A DNA stretch of 29,978 bases from a virus (Duplodnaviria > Caudoviricetes), in IMG/VR virus record IMGVR_UViG_3300020043_003044, positions 1 through 29,978 of that record, one strand, 5' to 3'. A program made the position numbers and the translations under genes. The notes below the pieces were generated by a model. The model did no database searches. It saw only the letters and a program-made list of their open reading frames with translations, and was not told the origin of the DNA. Shown piece by piece: positions 14,970 to 24,362 of this stretch (within the stretch, counting starts at the first letter, position 1; each line of letters begins with the position of its first letter).

Positions 14970-15509
14970 TCACTTGGTAGGCGTACTGTTTGCCAGTAGT
15001 TGATTCTTGTTTGCACTTGAATAAGTCGTAGAAACGTAGAACGCCACACACGCGCCCCAAACGGCTGATAGCTGACCAACCATTACTAGCACAATCTCAT
15101 TAGCCTTTAATTCTGGCATCATCAGCAGGCCGATAAGCACACCAAAGAAACCAATTGTCACCATGATTGTCAAGATAGCTGGCATCTTGCTGTGAGTAGC
15201 TATCTGCATTTGACGGGCAGAGTCACGGTCTTTGCCTACTAACTCATTTTCTTTGAAAGCAAGCTCTGCGTATTTGAAACCGCGCTCTTTTTCCTCATTT
15301 TGGTATTGGAGTTCCAATTCTTTTAACTTGCCAATCTGCTCGGGTGTGATCTGGCCGGATTGAATGGCCTGCGCTATCTTGTCCTGTGTAGCGTCGTTGA
15401 CACCCAAAATACTACCGATGGCAGAAACGGCCACGCCAGCTAAGGGGCCGCCCAATGCCGCGAATATCGTGGGGAGTGCGGATTTAATAAAGCCTAATGC
15501 ATCGTTCAT
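14970..15509 (-). CDS. holin-like/lysis-associated membrane protein
   Basis: Follows the endolysin. Has GGPLAG, DRDSAR and two C-terminal TM helices. Start at MNDALG (ATGA overlap). Confidence 0.65.
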   Translation of the reverse strand: MNDALGFIKSALPTIFAALGGPLAGVAVSAIGSILGVNDATQDKIAQAIQSGQITPEQIGKLKELELQYQNEEKERGFKYAELAFKENELVGKDRDSARQMQIATHSKMPAILTIMVTIGFFGVLIGLLMMPELKANEIVLVMVGQLSAVWGACVAFYVSTTYSSANKNQLLANSTPTK

Positions 15510-15958
15510 TTTTTCACCCATGGGCGTGTGCCAGTCTTATCAATAATAAGCGCCTGGCGTTTGTTTGAGCCGTCAAAGCTAATGTGGCACCACCCGCCCG
15601 AACCGTCAGGGCCAACAAACTCCGCGATGCACTGCGAAAAACTTATATCACTATCAATAATCGCCTCAATCACTTGATTGACACTTCCGAACGTAGGGCA
15701 AGTGAAGTCGACCGCTTCGGCCTTGACATGCTGGCTGGTGTTTTCTGACCCTACAGCAGCATTAAGAGCCAAACAACGATAACCGCTGCTAATGTGAATT
15801 GGATTGCTGCGAAGGCGCAGTCGTACTTTTTCAAGCCCTTCGGAGGTTCTTTTCGCAGTGTCATACAACTCTAATGGCAGGTCGTTATTGATACCCAGCC
15901 GCCCCGCCGTTTGGGACTGGGTGAACTCTTGAATGGTGAAGTGCGGGGAAAGCTTCAT
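15506..15958 (-). CDS. endolysin, peptidase M15A family
   Basis: LSPHFT, ISSGYRC, SQH....AVD and WCHIS zinc-ligand pattern. Confidence 0.9.
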   Translation of the reverse strand: MKLSPHFTIQEFTQSQTAGRLGINNDLPLELYDTAKRTSEGLEKVRLRLRSNPIHISSGYRCLALNAAVGSENTSQHVKAEAVDFTCPTFGSVNQVIEAIIDSDISFSQCIAEFVGPDGSGGWCHISFDGSNKRQALIIDKTGTRPWVKK

Positions 15959-16236
15959 TTGAAACCATGCGCTTTCATGTAATCGAGAATGATGATTCCA
16001 AGCCCTACCAAACCTGACCAGACTAAACCAGCGAGCGACTTTTCAATAATAGCTTTACGCATCTTTGCGCGGTCTTTTTGGTCTTCTATAGCCAACCTAA
16101 CCCACTGTTGTTCTTCCTCAGTGAGGCACGGTGGCTGATAGTGAACCTTGAGAGCGGTAATGATTGAATTGACTAAATGCTCATGTGTACCGCTTCTACG
16201 GTCTTTGCCGGGGAAAGGTTTGGCAGCGTCTGTCAT
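15955..16236 (-). CDS. single-TM protein, possible holin
   Basis: C-terminal hydrophobic helix. Directly upstream of the endolysin. Confidence 0.55.
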   Translation of the reverse strand: MTDAAKPFPGKDRRSGTHEHLVNSIITALKVHYQPPCLTEEEQQWVRLAIEDQKDRAKMRKAIIEKSLAGLVWSGLVGLGIIILDYMKAHGFK

Positions 16237-16649
16237 TTGCGATTGAGCGCGTCCAGCGCTTGTTTGGTTGTGATATTGAGACCGTAATACCCTGCTATGA
16301 ACTCCGCGAACAAGGGCCTACGGTCATCAGGATAGTATAAAGCCTGCACCTTATAAGCCGATACCTCGCACCATAGTCTATATGCCGTGGATAGCTTATA
16401 AAGTACGGTGTGAAAAGCTAACGGTAGCACTGCAAGGCCGATAAAGTCTACTAGACCAAAATGAATCAGTGCATAGGCAAGTGGCACTGACAATACAGCA
16501 AGACTAAACCACTGTTTGACGTGTTCTAGCTCATGCCTGTAAAGCCCTTCATCGTTTCTGTGGGACTCTAAGATACGGATTACAGGACCATTGGCACAGC
16601 CACCTACATTAGGCGGGAGGGTTTTTACAAAGAAGGTTAAAGGGTACAT
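16233..16649 (-). CDS. membrane protein with HExxH (zincin-like) motif
   Basis: HELEHVKQ, two hydrophobic segments, and a downstream EVSAY. Confidence 0.65.
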   Translation of the reverse strand: MYPLTFFVKTLPPNVGGCANGPVIRILESHRNDEGLYRHELEHVKQWFSLAVLSVPLAYALIHFGLVDFIGLAVLPLAFHTVLYKLSTAYRLWCEVSAYKVQALYYPDDRRPLFAEFIAGYYGLNITTKQALDALNRK

Positions 16650-16758
16650 ACGATGACTCCAATGGTGGGCCAGAAGATGATTAGCGATGTTGCTAATAGG
16701 GTGTAAGTTGTTTTGTTGGTCATGGAGATCGCCTTGCTGAGTGCCGTTGCCGGTTCCT

Positions 16759-18759
16759 TTAGCGTGAGTTGTTGTTTTGATCGACGAAAGCCGTATAGCC
16801 GACCTTTTCGTATGGAGTCGTCGTGCCGATAGTCACGTTGTCTGCGACTTCTGCGGTGGTCGAATAGCTATATCCAACGCCCACAGAATACTTAGTGATC
16901 TTGCACTGCCTTACGGTTGAGTTACCGCTGAGCAACCCGTAACCCGCCGTGTTTACAGATGTGAATTCGCAATTGATAAACCGGCAGCCGCTAGGAACGA
17001 GTGCGCCGTGCGAGTTTGCAAATACTTTGACGTTTTCTGCATCGACAGTGCAGCTATTTGCGCCAGCCGAACTCTCGGTGTAGAAGCCAATCGAATCCGC
17101 AGAGATAACAGAGTCTATTATGCGAATTGGGTTTGAGGTGTTTCCAAGCCTGTAGAACCCGGAGCCAGTCACGCTTATGTTAGCGTTGCTTACGAACAAC
17201 TCTCCAGTGCTATAGGCCAAATACACAGCATCCTGAAAGCCACCAATACTCAATTTGTCGATTCGCGGCTGATTTGTTCCAGAGCAAATAATCCCTGACC
17301 CTGTGTTAGTGGTGCATCCCAAAGACACCCGATGAATTTGTGGATACGAAGTGCCCTCACACAGCAAAGCCCCATAGTCTCGGCTTGGATAGGTTGCGGT
17401 TGAGGAAACGACAAGCCCGTCAATGTCTACACCACTGCTTCCCGGATATAAGCGAACACATTGCGCGGCGGCGGTTATCTCCGCGTAGCAGTTGTAGATT
17501 CGTGTGTTGGCCGACGTCGTTGTGAACGATGCGTTTGACCCCAACAAGTGCTTGCACTTGCTAAAGGTCGTGTTCAGTGAATACGTCTCAAATCCTGCCT
17601 GCGTGTCTTGTCCGTAACAAACGCAGTCTTCGATCAGCGTATGCGCTGCCTGCACCTTAAATCCGCGCTTTTTGGCGTTGTAGACCTTGACATTGCGAAT
17701 GATGAACTCACCTTTTGCAGTTGCGAGTGCGCCATCGCTTTGAGCAACATGAACGCCGCATGCATCCTCATACGGGTCAGCGCCGCCTGATGAAACGTCT
17801 TTAACCACTGAATCACGAATAGTCACGTTGCTGTCGCAGCCTGCACCATTAAAGGAGACAAGGATTCCGGTTGCTGCGCCTCCGTTATCCCCGATGATGC
17901 CGTTGGATGTTGCGGTCACGCCAGTGACGTTTATCTTTATGTCAAGCTGGCTATTGAGATTCACCGATGCACTGCTGGCCTTGTAAAACAGCGCCCCATT
18001 GCAACCCTGAGTGTTGTTCGAGTTGCTGATGTTCTTGATCGTCAGGTCGTAATTGCAGGTATGTTTTTGGACAAAATCAGTGTCAACGAACAGACCATTC
18101 TGACAGCTTGTGACGTTGCTCCCGTCGATGGTGAATTTTCGCAAACTACCTTCAACCGACTGACTAACAAGGTAGCTGATCGCGGTGCCGTAAAACTTCA
18201 GTGTCGCGCCTTCCCCGTCTACGTCGCCTTTAACAACCAGACCATCCGTGCATTTGTAAACGGCACCTGAACGCAGTTTGACGCGCTTGCCTGCGCCGGA
18301 GTCAAACAGGGCTTGAAGTTTTAGAGTGTCGTCGGCGCTGTCGTTACCAATTGCCCCGTAGTCGTCGGCGCTTATTTCTTCACGCAGCTTACTCTGCACC
18401 GTAGTAGCAACCGCACCAGTGCCAGCGGGGTTGTAAACGACGCCACTAGCATTAGGGCTGATTCCAGAACCAGCAGGAAAGCTGTAAACCAAAACGCTTT
18501 TTTTATCTTCTACGCGAAGCGAGAAGTTAACCCCGTCAATATAAAGCTGCGCGGGTGATCCTGCGTTGTAAACATAGCCGTTTACTGTCCTAAGTGGGTT
18601 GGGTGCAACTTGAGTTAGAGAAGCATCAAAATACACGGTTACCGGGTTGGTACGCGGGTCAAGGTAAGGAGTACCAATCCAAACATAACCGTTATCCAAT
18701 GGAGTGCCATCAGAGTCTGCAAATATTTGATATGGGACTTGAATAGATAAGGCGCTCAT
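16759..18759 (-). CDS. tailspike: head-binding-like N-terminus plus beta-helix depolymerase
   Basis: F.D..G.PL.NG.VWIG N-terminal domain, DYGAIGNDSADDT beta-helix cap, and G/N/S/T-rich beta-strand repeats. Confidence 0.85.
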   Translation of the reverse strand: MSALSIQVPYQIFADSDGTPLDNGYVWIGTPYLDPRTNPVTVYFDASLTQVAPNPLRTVNGYVYNAGSPAQLYIDGVNFSLRVEDKKSVLVYSFPAGSGISPNASGVVYNPAGTGAVATTVQSKLREEISADDYGAIGNDSADDTLKLQALFDSGAGKRVKLRSGAVYKCTDGLVVKGDVDGEGATLKFYGTAISYLVSQSVEGSLRKFTIDGSNVTSCQNGLFVDTDFVQKHTCNYDLTIKNISNSNNTQGCNGALFYKASSASVNLNSQLDIKINVTGVTATSNGIIGDNGGAATGILVSFNGAGCDSNVTIRDSVVKDVSSGGADPYEDACGVHVAQSDGALATAKGEFIIRNVKVYNAKKRGFKVQAAHTLIEDCVCYGQDTQAGFETYSLNTTFSKCKHLLGSNASFTTTSANTRIYNCYAEITAAAQCVRLYPGSSGVDIDGLVVSSTATYPSRDYGALLCEGTSYPQIHRVSLGCTTNTGSGIICSGTNQPRIDKLSIGGFQDAVYLAYSTGELFVSNANISVTGSGFYRLGNTSNPIRIIDSVISADSIGFYTESSAGANSCTVDAENVKVFANSHGALVPSGCRFINCEFTSVNTAGYGLLSGNSTVRQCKITKYSVGVGYSYSTTAEVADNVTIGTTTPYEKVGYTAFVDQNNNSR

Positions 18760-20648
18760 GGAGTGGTTCCTGGTTTGTAATTCAATGCGCGGGTAATGCG
18801 CTCTTTAATCTTGCGGTCTTTAATCTGATCGCGAATCATTTTTACACCCTGCACGATAGGGAGTGGGATACCTGTAACCGTACCTGCTATGGCGCCCTCT
18901 GTCATTAGCGCCATCACGGTTCGGGCTGTGCCTGAGTTATTGATTGAGGTAAGAGGAGGGGTACTTTGGATGTATTTTAGAACCTGGTTCAAATTTCGCA
19001 CTTCTTCCGCTGATTTTTTACCAAGCACTAAATCAAGTTTGCCGTTTTTGTCCAATGCTTTGATTGTTTTGTCTAACTTTGCAGCCGATATAACGGGAAG
19101 GTTATCAGCGCCAATGCCAGACTCTGCGCTGTCCATTAAGTGACGAACCGTAGCGCCTTGTAATTCTTTCCATGCCTGTTGACCCTCTGGAATGGTGCTA
19201 AATACCCGCTTGATATGCTGAATCTCAGATGGTCGTGCGCTAAGGATGGTCTTTTGAAATACATCTTCAATCGGCACCTTTGCGTCAGACATGCCCTTTT
19301 TTTCTAACAAGAGATTAGAAACGATAGCGCGGTTTTCGTACTTTTGAGCTTGTCTAGTACGTTGCGCACGCATGGCTTGGGTAATGTTCCCTCCTACGGG
19401 GTCGCCTGCGGTATCTATCGAGCTTTTCAGCATGGATGCAAGGCGCTTGTCATTGGGAGACGCTGCGCCCATCGCTGATACTGATTGACGGAAGTCCTCT
19501 AGCTTTCCTAATGTAGTAGGAAGTGGAACTAAGCCGCCTTTATCGTCCAATGATGCAATGCCAAGTCTTACGGCGTTTTGACGTGCTGTGTCAGTGATTC
19601 CAGTGATACCAGATACACCTACGGGTTGTTCATTGATAAACCCAATAACAGGTGAAACGTCAACCTCCATTGCAGCCTCGGGGGATGCCCTGAAAGCGTC
19701 GTACATGCTGCGGGTTTTGGCTTTTTCGGCTTTGTAGCCACTCATTAGAGTATCTACCGCCTTGATTCCAGTGTTTGATAAATCGCCAGTCTCTGCGCCT
19801 GTATCGTCTAATACTTGCTCAAATTTTGACAATGCAGCGCGGTTGTTTTCCTGTTGACGCTCTAAAAACTGAGCCTGATATTCTGGAGTTTTGGCTTTTT
19901 CTTTTTCCCATGTCAATAACTCTTGGCTTCGCTTCATCTCGCCTTCGGACAACTTCAAACCCGCCATCTCAGCTTCGGTTGCCCTTTGCAGTTCTAGCGG
20001 TGTAGCCTGTGACCCTACGGCAGAGCGCAGGTTTTGCTTGGGTGTATCGGTCTTGGTAGAGAATCCAACGGCCTCGCGCACTGTGGTTGGGATGTTGGCT
20101 ACTGCCTGGCCTGCTTTTTGAACCACTGGGACGGCACGCTCTGCCATTGCAATAGCGGGCAAAGCGGCCTGCCTTGCGCCTTGGGCGAGAGTTGTACCCA
20201 ATGGGCCTACGATAGGGATAAACGGAGGGATTGACTGCAACGCCTGCCCTACGCCTTGGACTATCTCTTGGCCAGCTTGCCCCCTTGGTACGTAGGTAAG
20301 TGCAGCGGCTCCTTTGGTTGCAGCTTGCTCGACCAGTTGGTTAGCCTCGCGTGTGCCGAAAGTACCGCCTAGGATAGATTGCGCGATGCCACCCAATGCG
20401 CCACCCATCATGCCTACAGTTCCCCCAATAGCACCAGTTCCGAGCGTGAGAGCGGCCTCACCTAGTCCAGCGGCTTGATCCATCAATCCGGGTTGGGTTG
20501 GTGGGGGCTGGTTGGTTTGAGCGAATTGCGTGTTGTTTTCCTCGCCTTTGGCCTGTTGGTAGGCTTGAGCTACGGTGTCGAACTCAGGTGTGCCACGCTT
20601 GCTCGAGTTCTTAACAATCCACGCTGCGTATTCGTCAGCAGTTGCCAT
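18756..20648 (-). CDS. DNA ejection (internal virion) protein, third of three
   Basis: Large helical A/G/Q-rich protein in the P22 gp7-gp20-gp16 position. Confidence 0.65.
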   Translation of the reverse strand: MATADEYAAWIVKNSSKRGTPEFDTVAQAYQQAKGEENNTQFAQTNQPPPTQPGLMDQAAGLGEAALTLGTGAIGGTVGMMGGALGGIAQSILGGTFGTREANQLVEQAATKGAAALTYVPRGQAGQEIVQGVGQALQSIPPFIPIVGPLGTTLAQGARQAALPAIAMAERAVPVVQKAGQAVANIPTTVREAVGFSTKTDTPKQNLRSAVGSQATPLELQRATEAEMAGLKLSEGEMKRSQELLTWEKEKAKTPEYQAQFLERQQENNRAALSKFEQVLDDTGAETGDLSNTGIKAVDTLMSGYKAEKAKTRSMYDAFRASPEAAMEVDVSPVIGFINEQPVGVSGITGITDTARQNAVRLGIASLDDKGGLVPLPTTLGKLEDFRQSVSAMGAASPNDKRLASMLKSSIDTAGDPVGGNITQAMRAQRTRQAQKYENRAIVSNLLLEKKGMSDAKVPIEDVFQKTILSARPSEIQHIKRVFSTIPEGQQAWKELQGATVRHLMDSAESGIGADNLPVISAAKLDKTIKALDKNGKLDLVLGKKSAEEVRNLNQVLKYIQSTPPLTSINNSGTARTVMALMTEGAIAGTVTGIPLPIVQGVKMIRDQIKDRKIKERITRALNYKPGTTP

Positions 20649-22090
20649 TATCGACCTCCTGCCAAAATTGCGTCAGCAGCGGATCGAACGTTATTAGCAG
20701 GTGCAATATTGTTCTTAGTTGGGATTTTGGCAAGGTCTGAATTTTCACCAGAATATCGGCGTGAAACATCTTTAGCCACACGACTAGAAAAGTCTGTGAA
20801 TGTCTCACCTGGTTTGACAGCGTAGTCACCAGCCTGAAACGTATCTCTTGCCCGTGTGAGTGATCCACGATTACCAGCTAACCAATCAACCTTCGCACCT
20901 TCAACGGATGATTCAATATCTTTGAGTTTGGCCATGCCACGCAAGAAGCTAGATAACTGTGCAGGGTTGGCGGTTGCAGGTGGAAAACCCTCCATAACCA
21001 TCGCAATGTCTTTGTCAGTAGCTGGGCCAGGTGGAAGTGAGCTAACCGCCGCTGAGTTTTTCAAGCGCGTGAACTCTTGACGCAAAGCACTAACCGCGCC
21101 TTGCTCGCCCGTTGCTTTTTTCAGCCATTCAGCACTAGAACCAGCTATGCCCCACGCCGATCCAATGTCTTTAATACGTCCGGCAAGGTCGTTGTATTGC
21201 GCGGCTTGTTGCTTGGTAGCTCCCGCAGTAACTGCTGCATCGTTGATCAACTTACGCGCGCTTTCGGGTACGTCGTTCAGCTTAGAACTTAGCTCTGCCA
21301 TTTTGACTTGAGTATCCATTGCCAAGCGTTGACGATCTAAACCAAGCTGCGCACCTCGGACATTTATTTGATTTTGCAGGTTTTTGACGTTCCAATTCTT
21401 TTCAGTTAATCCAGCCTCTTGCAACCGCTGGGCAAAATCAGACTCTACCGCCTTGGTTTTGGCTTCGGACTGTGCTTTTAACAAGTTAGAGGGTTGGAGT
21501 TCTTTTGCTCGCTGTTCGTCGCCAAACTTTCCGGCTGCTTCAAACATCTCTTTAGCGCCTGGCAGTGCAGACACGATAGAAGACAGACCCTTAAAAGCCA
21601 TAGCTGGGCCGTCTTTTTCCGCAGAATCTGCCAATCTCTCATAAAGTGCAGCTTCTTCTGGATCGCCGCTATTCTTTTCACCCTCTGCGCGCTTCCTCAA
21701 TAGCTGAATGGCAACTGTTGGGTTATTTTGCAGCGCGGATAAAACCTCGGTGTTGAATTTGAGCGTGCCTTGCTGTTGTTCTTTGCTCATACCCTCTAGA
21801 TAGGGTTGCATGGCCTTTGCTTGGCTCTCAGGTATGAAAGAAGCCAATTCAGCAGCATCGCGCATCGTTGGGTTGGGGTTGGCAAAGAACTTACGGCGAG
21901 CTAATTCAGCATTCTGCGCCTGTTGCATCAGAGCTTGTTGCTGTTGTAATGCGGCCTGTTGTTGCTGCGCTTTGAACGCTTCTTCGCGTTGCTGTGATTG
22001 AATGCCTTGAATGCCTGCCCCAAGTTGCATGCCCTGCACAGCGGATTGAAACGGGTTTTTTAGCTGCGATGTGTAATCTATTGGTCCCAT
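20648..22090 (-). CDS. DNA ejection protein, second of three
   Basis: Q/A-rich coiled-coil, MGPIDY N-terminus, and synteny. Confidence 0.65.
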   Translation of the reverse strand: MGPIDYTSQLKNPFQSAVQGMQLGAGIQGIQSQQREEAFKAQQQQAALQQQQALMQQAQNAELARRKFFANPNPTMRDAAELASFIPESQAKAMQPYLEGMSKEQQQGTLKFNTEVLSALQNNPTVAIQLLRKRAEGEKNSGDPEEAALYERLADSAEKDGPAMAFKGLSSIVSALPGAKEMFEAAGKFGDEQRAKELQPSNLLKAQSEAKTKAVESDFAQRLQEAGLTEKNWNVKNLQNQINVRGAQLGLDRQRLAMDTQVKMAELSSKLNDVPESARKLINDAAVTAGATKQQAAQYNDLAGRIKDIGSAWGIAGSSAEWLKKATGEQGAVSALRQEFTRLKNSAAVSSLPPGPATDKDIAMVMEGFPPATANPAQLSSFLRGMAKLKDIESSVEGAKVDWLAGNRGSLTRARDTFQAGDYAVKPGETFTDFSSRVAKDVSRRYSGENSDLAKIPTKNNIAPANNVRSAADAILAGGR

Positions 22091-22099
22091 GTGTGTTCC

Positions 22100-22837
22100 T
22101 TAGAATATTCCGAGCTGGGACAATGCCGCATTGCCAGCGGACCCAACACCTCCAACATCTTGGAATGAGCCTCCTTGTTTTCCAAATCCGCCCATGGACT
22201 GCAATAGACCAAACCCACCTTGCACCGCATTGCCGAGTTGATTTTGAGCCAATACGCCACCAGCTTGAGCAGCGCCTTGTTGACCCATTAAGTTGGCAAT
22301 GTTCGCGCCAGTTTGCATGCCAGCGTTACCAACTCCAGCCGCTGCATTTTGGCCCAAGCTTGTAAGCCCACCTAAGCGAGCATATTGATCCTGAATTGTT
22401 TGTGCAAGTAAAGCAGGGCGAAACTGAGCCAATGCAGCTTGGGTGTTTCCACCTCGTAGCCCACCAGTTGCCGATGCGTTTTGCAGCATGGCATTCTCAC
22501 CCTGTTGCAGCATGGCGGTGTATTGTGGCGAGCTTTGAAGGGCAGATATAGCGCCTTGCTGCGCAGGTGCACCAGATAGACCGAGTAAGGCCTGTTGTTG
22601 GCCTAATGCGCCTTGTCCTGCCTGTGAATATGGTTGTAGGAGCTTTTGAATCGCATCGAACTGCCTGCGCTGCTCATCAATTCCACCCTGTGCGGATGTT
22701 GATTGAATATTAGCGGCTTGCCCTGCTGATTGTTGACCTTCAAGCGCACCGCCCAAAGATGATCCAATCATTCCACCCAATGGCCCACCGCCTAGGAATG
22801 TTCCTGCTATGCCGCCAATTGCTGAAAGTAAACCCAT
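22100..22837 (-). CDS. DNA ejection protein (P22 gp7-like)
   Basis: G/A/Q-rich, with the NASATGGLRGGNTQAALAQF motif. Confidence 0.75.
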   Translation of the reverse strand: MGLLSAIGGIAGTFLGGGPLGGMIGSSLGGALEGQQSAGQAANIQSTSAQGGIDEQRRQFDAIQKLLQPYSQAGQGALGQQQALLGLSGAPAQQGAISALQSSPQYTAMLQQGENAMLQNASATGGLRGGNTQAALAQFRPALLAQTIQDQYARLGGLTSLGQNAAAGVGNAGMQTGANIANLMGQQGAAQAGGVLAQNQLGNAVQGGFGLLQSMGGFGKQGGSFQDVGGVGSAGNAALSQLGIF

Positions 22838-22901
22838 TGGACAATCCTTTTTTCAAGATGCCGCTGGTCGCAAATATTCTCAGCGGTCACATTTTACAAC
22901 A

Positions 22902-23237
22902 TTAGGTGATTTCTCTGCCAGATATTCGCAAAGTGATTGAACTTGCCGCACTTGCAATGGTAGAAATAAACCCGCCTGAATCTAGCGTATGGCCTACTAT
23001 CTCTGGAAGTGTGTAGGTTTCGCCCGGTGCAATGGCTCGTGCGCTTACCAGTAAGTTACTAGCGCCAGCCGATCCGCTCACCGTTACGACGTTTACCGAT
23101 AACGCAACATTACCTGCCGTGGTGTTTGTGGCTGTGGCTTTGTCAATCACTGCCCTGCAATTGGTAGCTGTGTATTGTGTGGTTTGTGTGTTTTCTGCCT
23201 GTTTAGCAGCAACTAATACTTTAGATGTAACTGTCAT
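22902..23237 (-). CDS. small virion structural protein
   Basis: 111-aa beta-rich ORF in the tail cluster. Confidence 0.65.
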   Translation of the reverse strand: MTVTSKVLVAAKQAENTQTTQYTATNCRAVIDKATATNTTAGNVALSVNVVTVSGSAGASNLLVSARAIAPGETYTLPEIVGHTLDSGGFISTIASAASSITLRISGREIT

Positions 23238-23246
23238 TTTTATCCT

Positions 23247-24362
23247 TTACCAAGCGGGTATATATCTGGTCGTGCCGTTATCATCAATTGGAATCCACTT
23301 CGTTGGATTACCTGCAGCAGGGCCATTGGTCATAGTCGCCACGGATGCGCCTGCCCCGTTTGTAAGTGATACCGATGAATCTATCAATCGTCCGGTGTTG
23401 TTGTTCAAATCAGCGGTAATAGATGCCCCGGTAGCTATCGTGATAGAACCGTCTGCATTAGTTATGGCAATATTTGACCCAGCCGTAAGACGTGCGTTTT
23501 TCCACACTCCAACAGTAGCGTCATAAATCAACAAACTACCAGCCAATACAGTAGGTGTTATTTTGACGTTGTGCAGTTCGTCAATTTCGTAACCGTTATC
23601 AACCTTGACGAATATCTTACCTTGCGTGATGTGAGCATGTATTACATACCCAACAATAACCAAGTGAATAGGTGCGCTTGGTTTTATATTGGTAATTTGC
23701 CCAGCCGTAGTGCCGGATAAATAGAGAATATCCCCGTCTGCCCATGTTTCGCTTTGCAGCGATCCGGTAGTATTTATCCCTCGAACTATTCCGCTAGTAG
23801 TGACGAATCCCTCTAAATTGTTTGCAATGTTTTCAGTTACTAACCCGATAGTGTCGCCACTGTTTGCATCGTTATTTGCTTGGGCCAGTGCGACCTTTGG
23901 GCGTTGCCCCTGAGCGCCTGAGATTCTTACGCATTGGTAAGCAGCCTCGGTTAAATCAGCGCCTGTTTTGTTCACCACACGGATAAACTGCTCTTGACCC
24001 AATTGGAGATTGACGTTTCCACCCTTTAATCCAACGTCAATAGTCCCGTCGGTATCGTTCCAGCGCATACGACCTACCGCACCCGTAGTTGGTGCAGTAG
24101 TTGATATGTCTAGGTAATCAGTTTTTACGTGATTGTTTACCGGGTCAGGTGCGAGATATTCAAGATTCTTAGCTAGATTATCAAGTGCATCTAATGCTTG
24201 GTTTGCCTTCGTAATAGCCGTACCAGTTTCAGCCTGAAGTTCATTAAGTCCATTTGGCCCGATGTCGTCAACAATGGAAAATAGATTTTCAAACTGCTTT
24301 ATAGATTCGTGGTCTTTTAGAAAAGCGGCTAGCTGATTTCTGGTTAGGTTAAGTGTTTTCAT
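23247..24362 (-). CDS. tail needle/fibre-like protein
   Basis: In the P22 gp26 position. Helical N-terminus followed by beta-rich modules. Confidence 0.55.
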   Translation of the reverse strand: MKTLNLTRNQLAAFLKDHESIKQFENLFSIVDDIGPNGLNELQAETGTAITKANQALDALDNLAKNLEYLAPDPVNNHVKTDYLDISTTAPTTGAVGRMRWNDTDGTIDVGLKGGNVNLQLGQEQFIRVVNKTGADLTEAAYQCVRISGAQGQRPKVALAQANNDANSGDTIGLVTENIANNLEGFVTTSGIVRGINTTGSLQSETWADGDILYLSGTTAGQITNIKPSAPIHLVIVGYVIHAHITQGKIFVKVDNGYEIDELHNVKITPTVLAGSLLIYDATVGVWKNARLTAGSNIAITNADGSITIATGASITADLNNNTGRLIDSSVSLTNGAGASVATMTNGPAAGNPTKWIPIDDNGTTRYIPAW

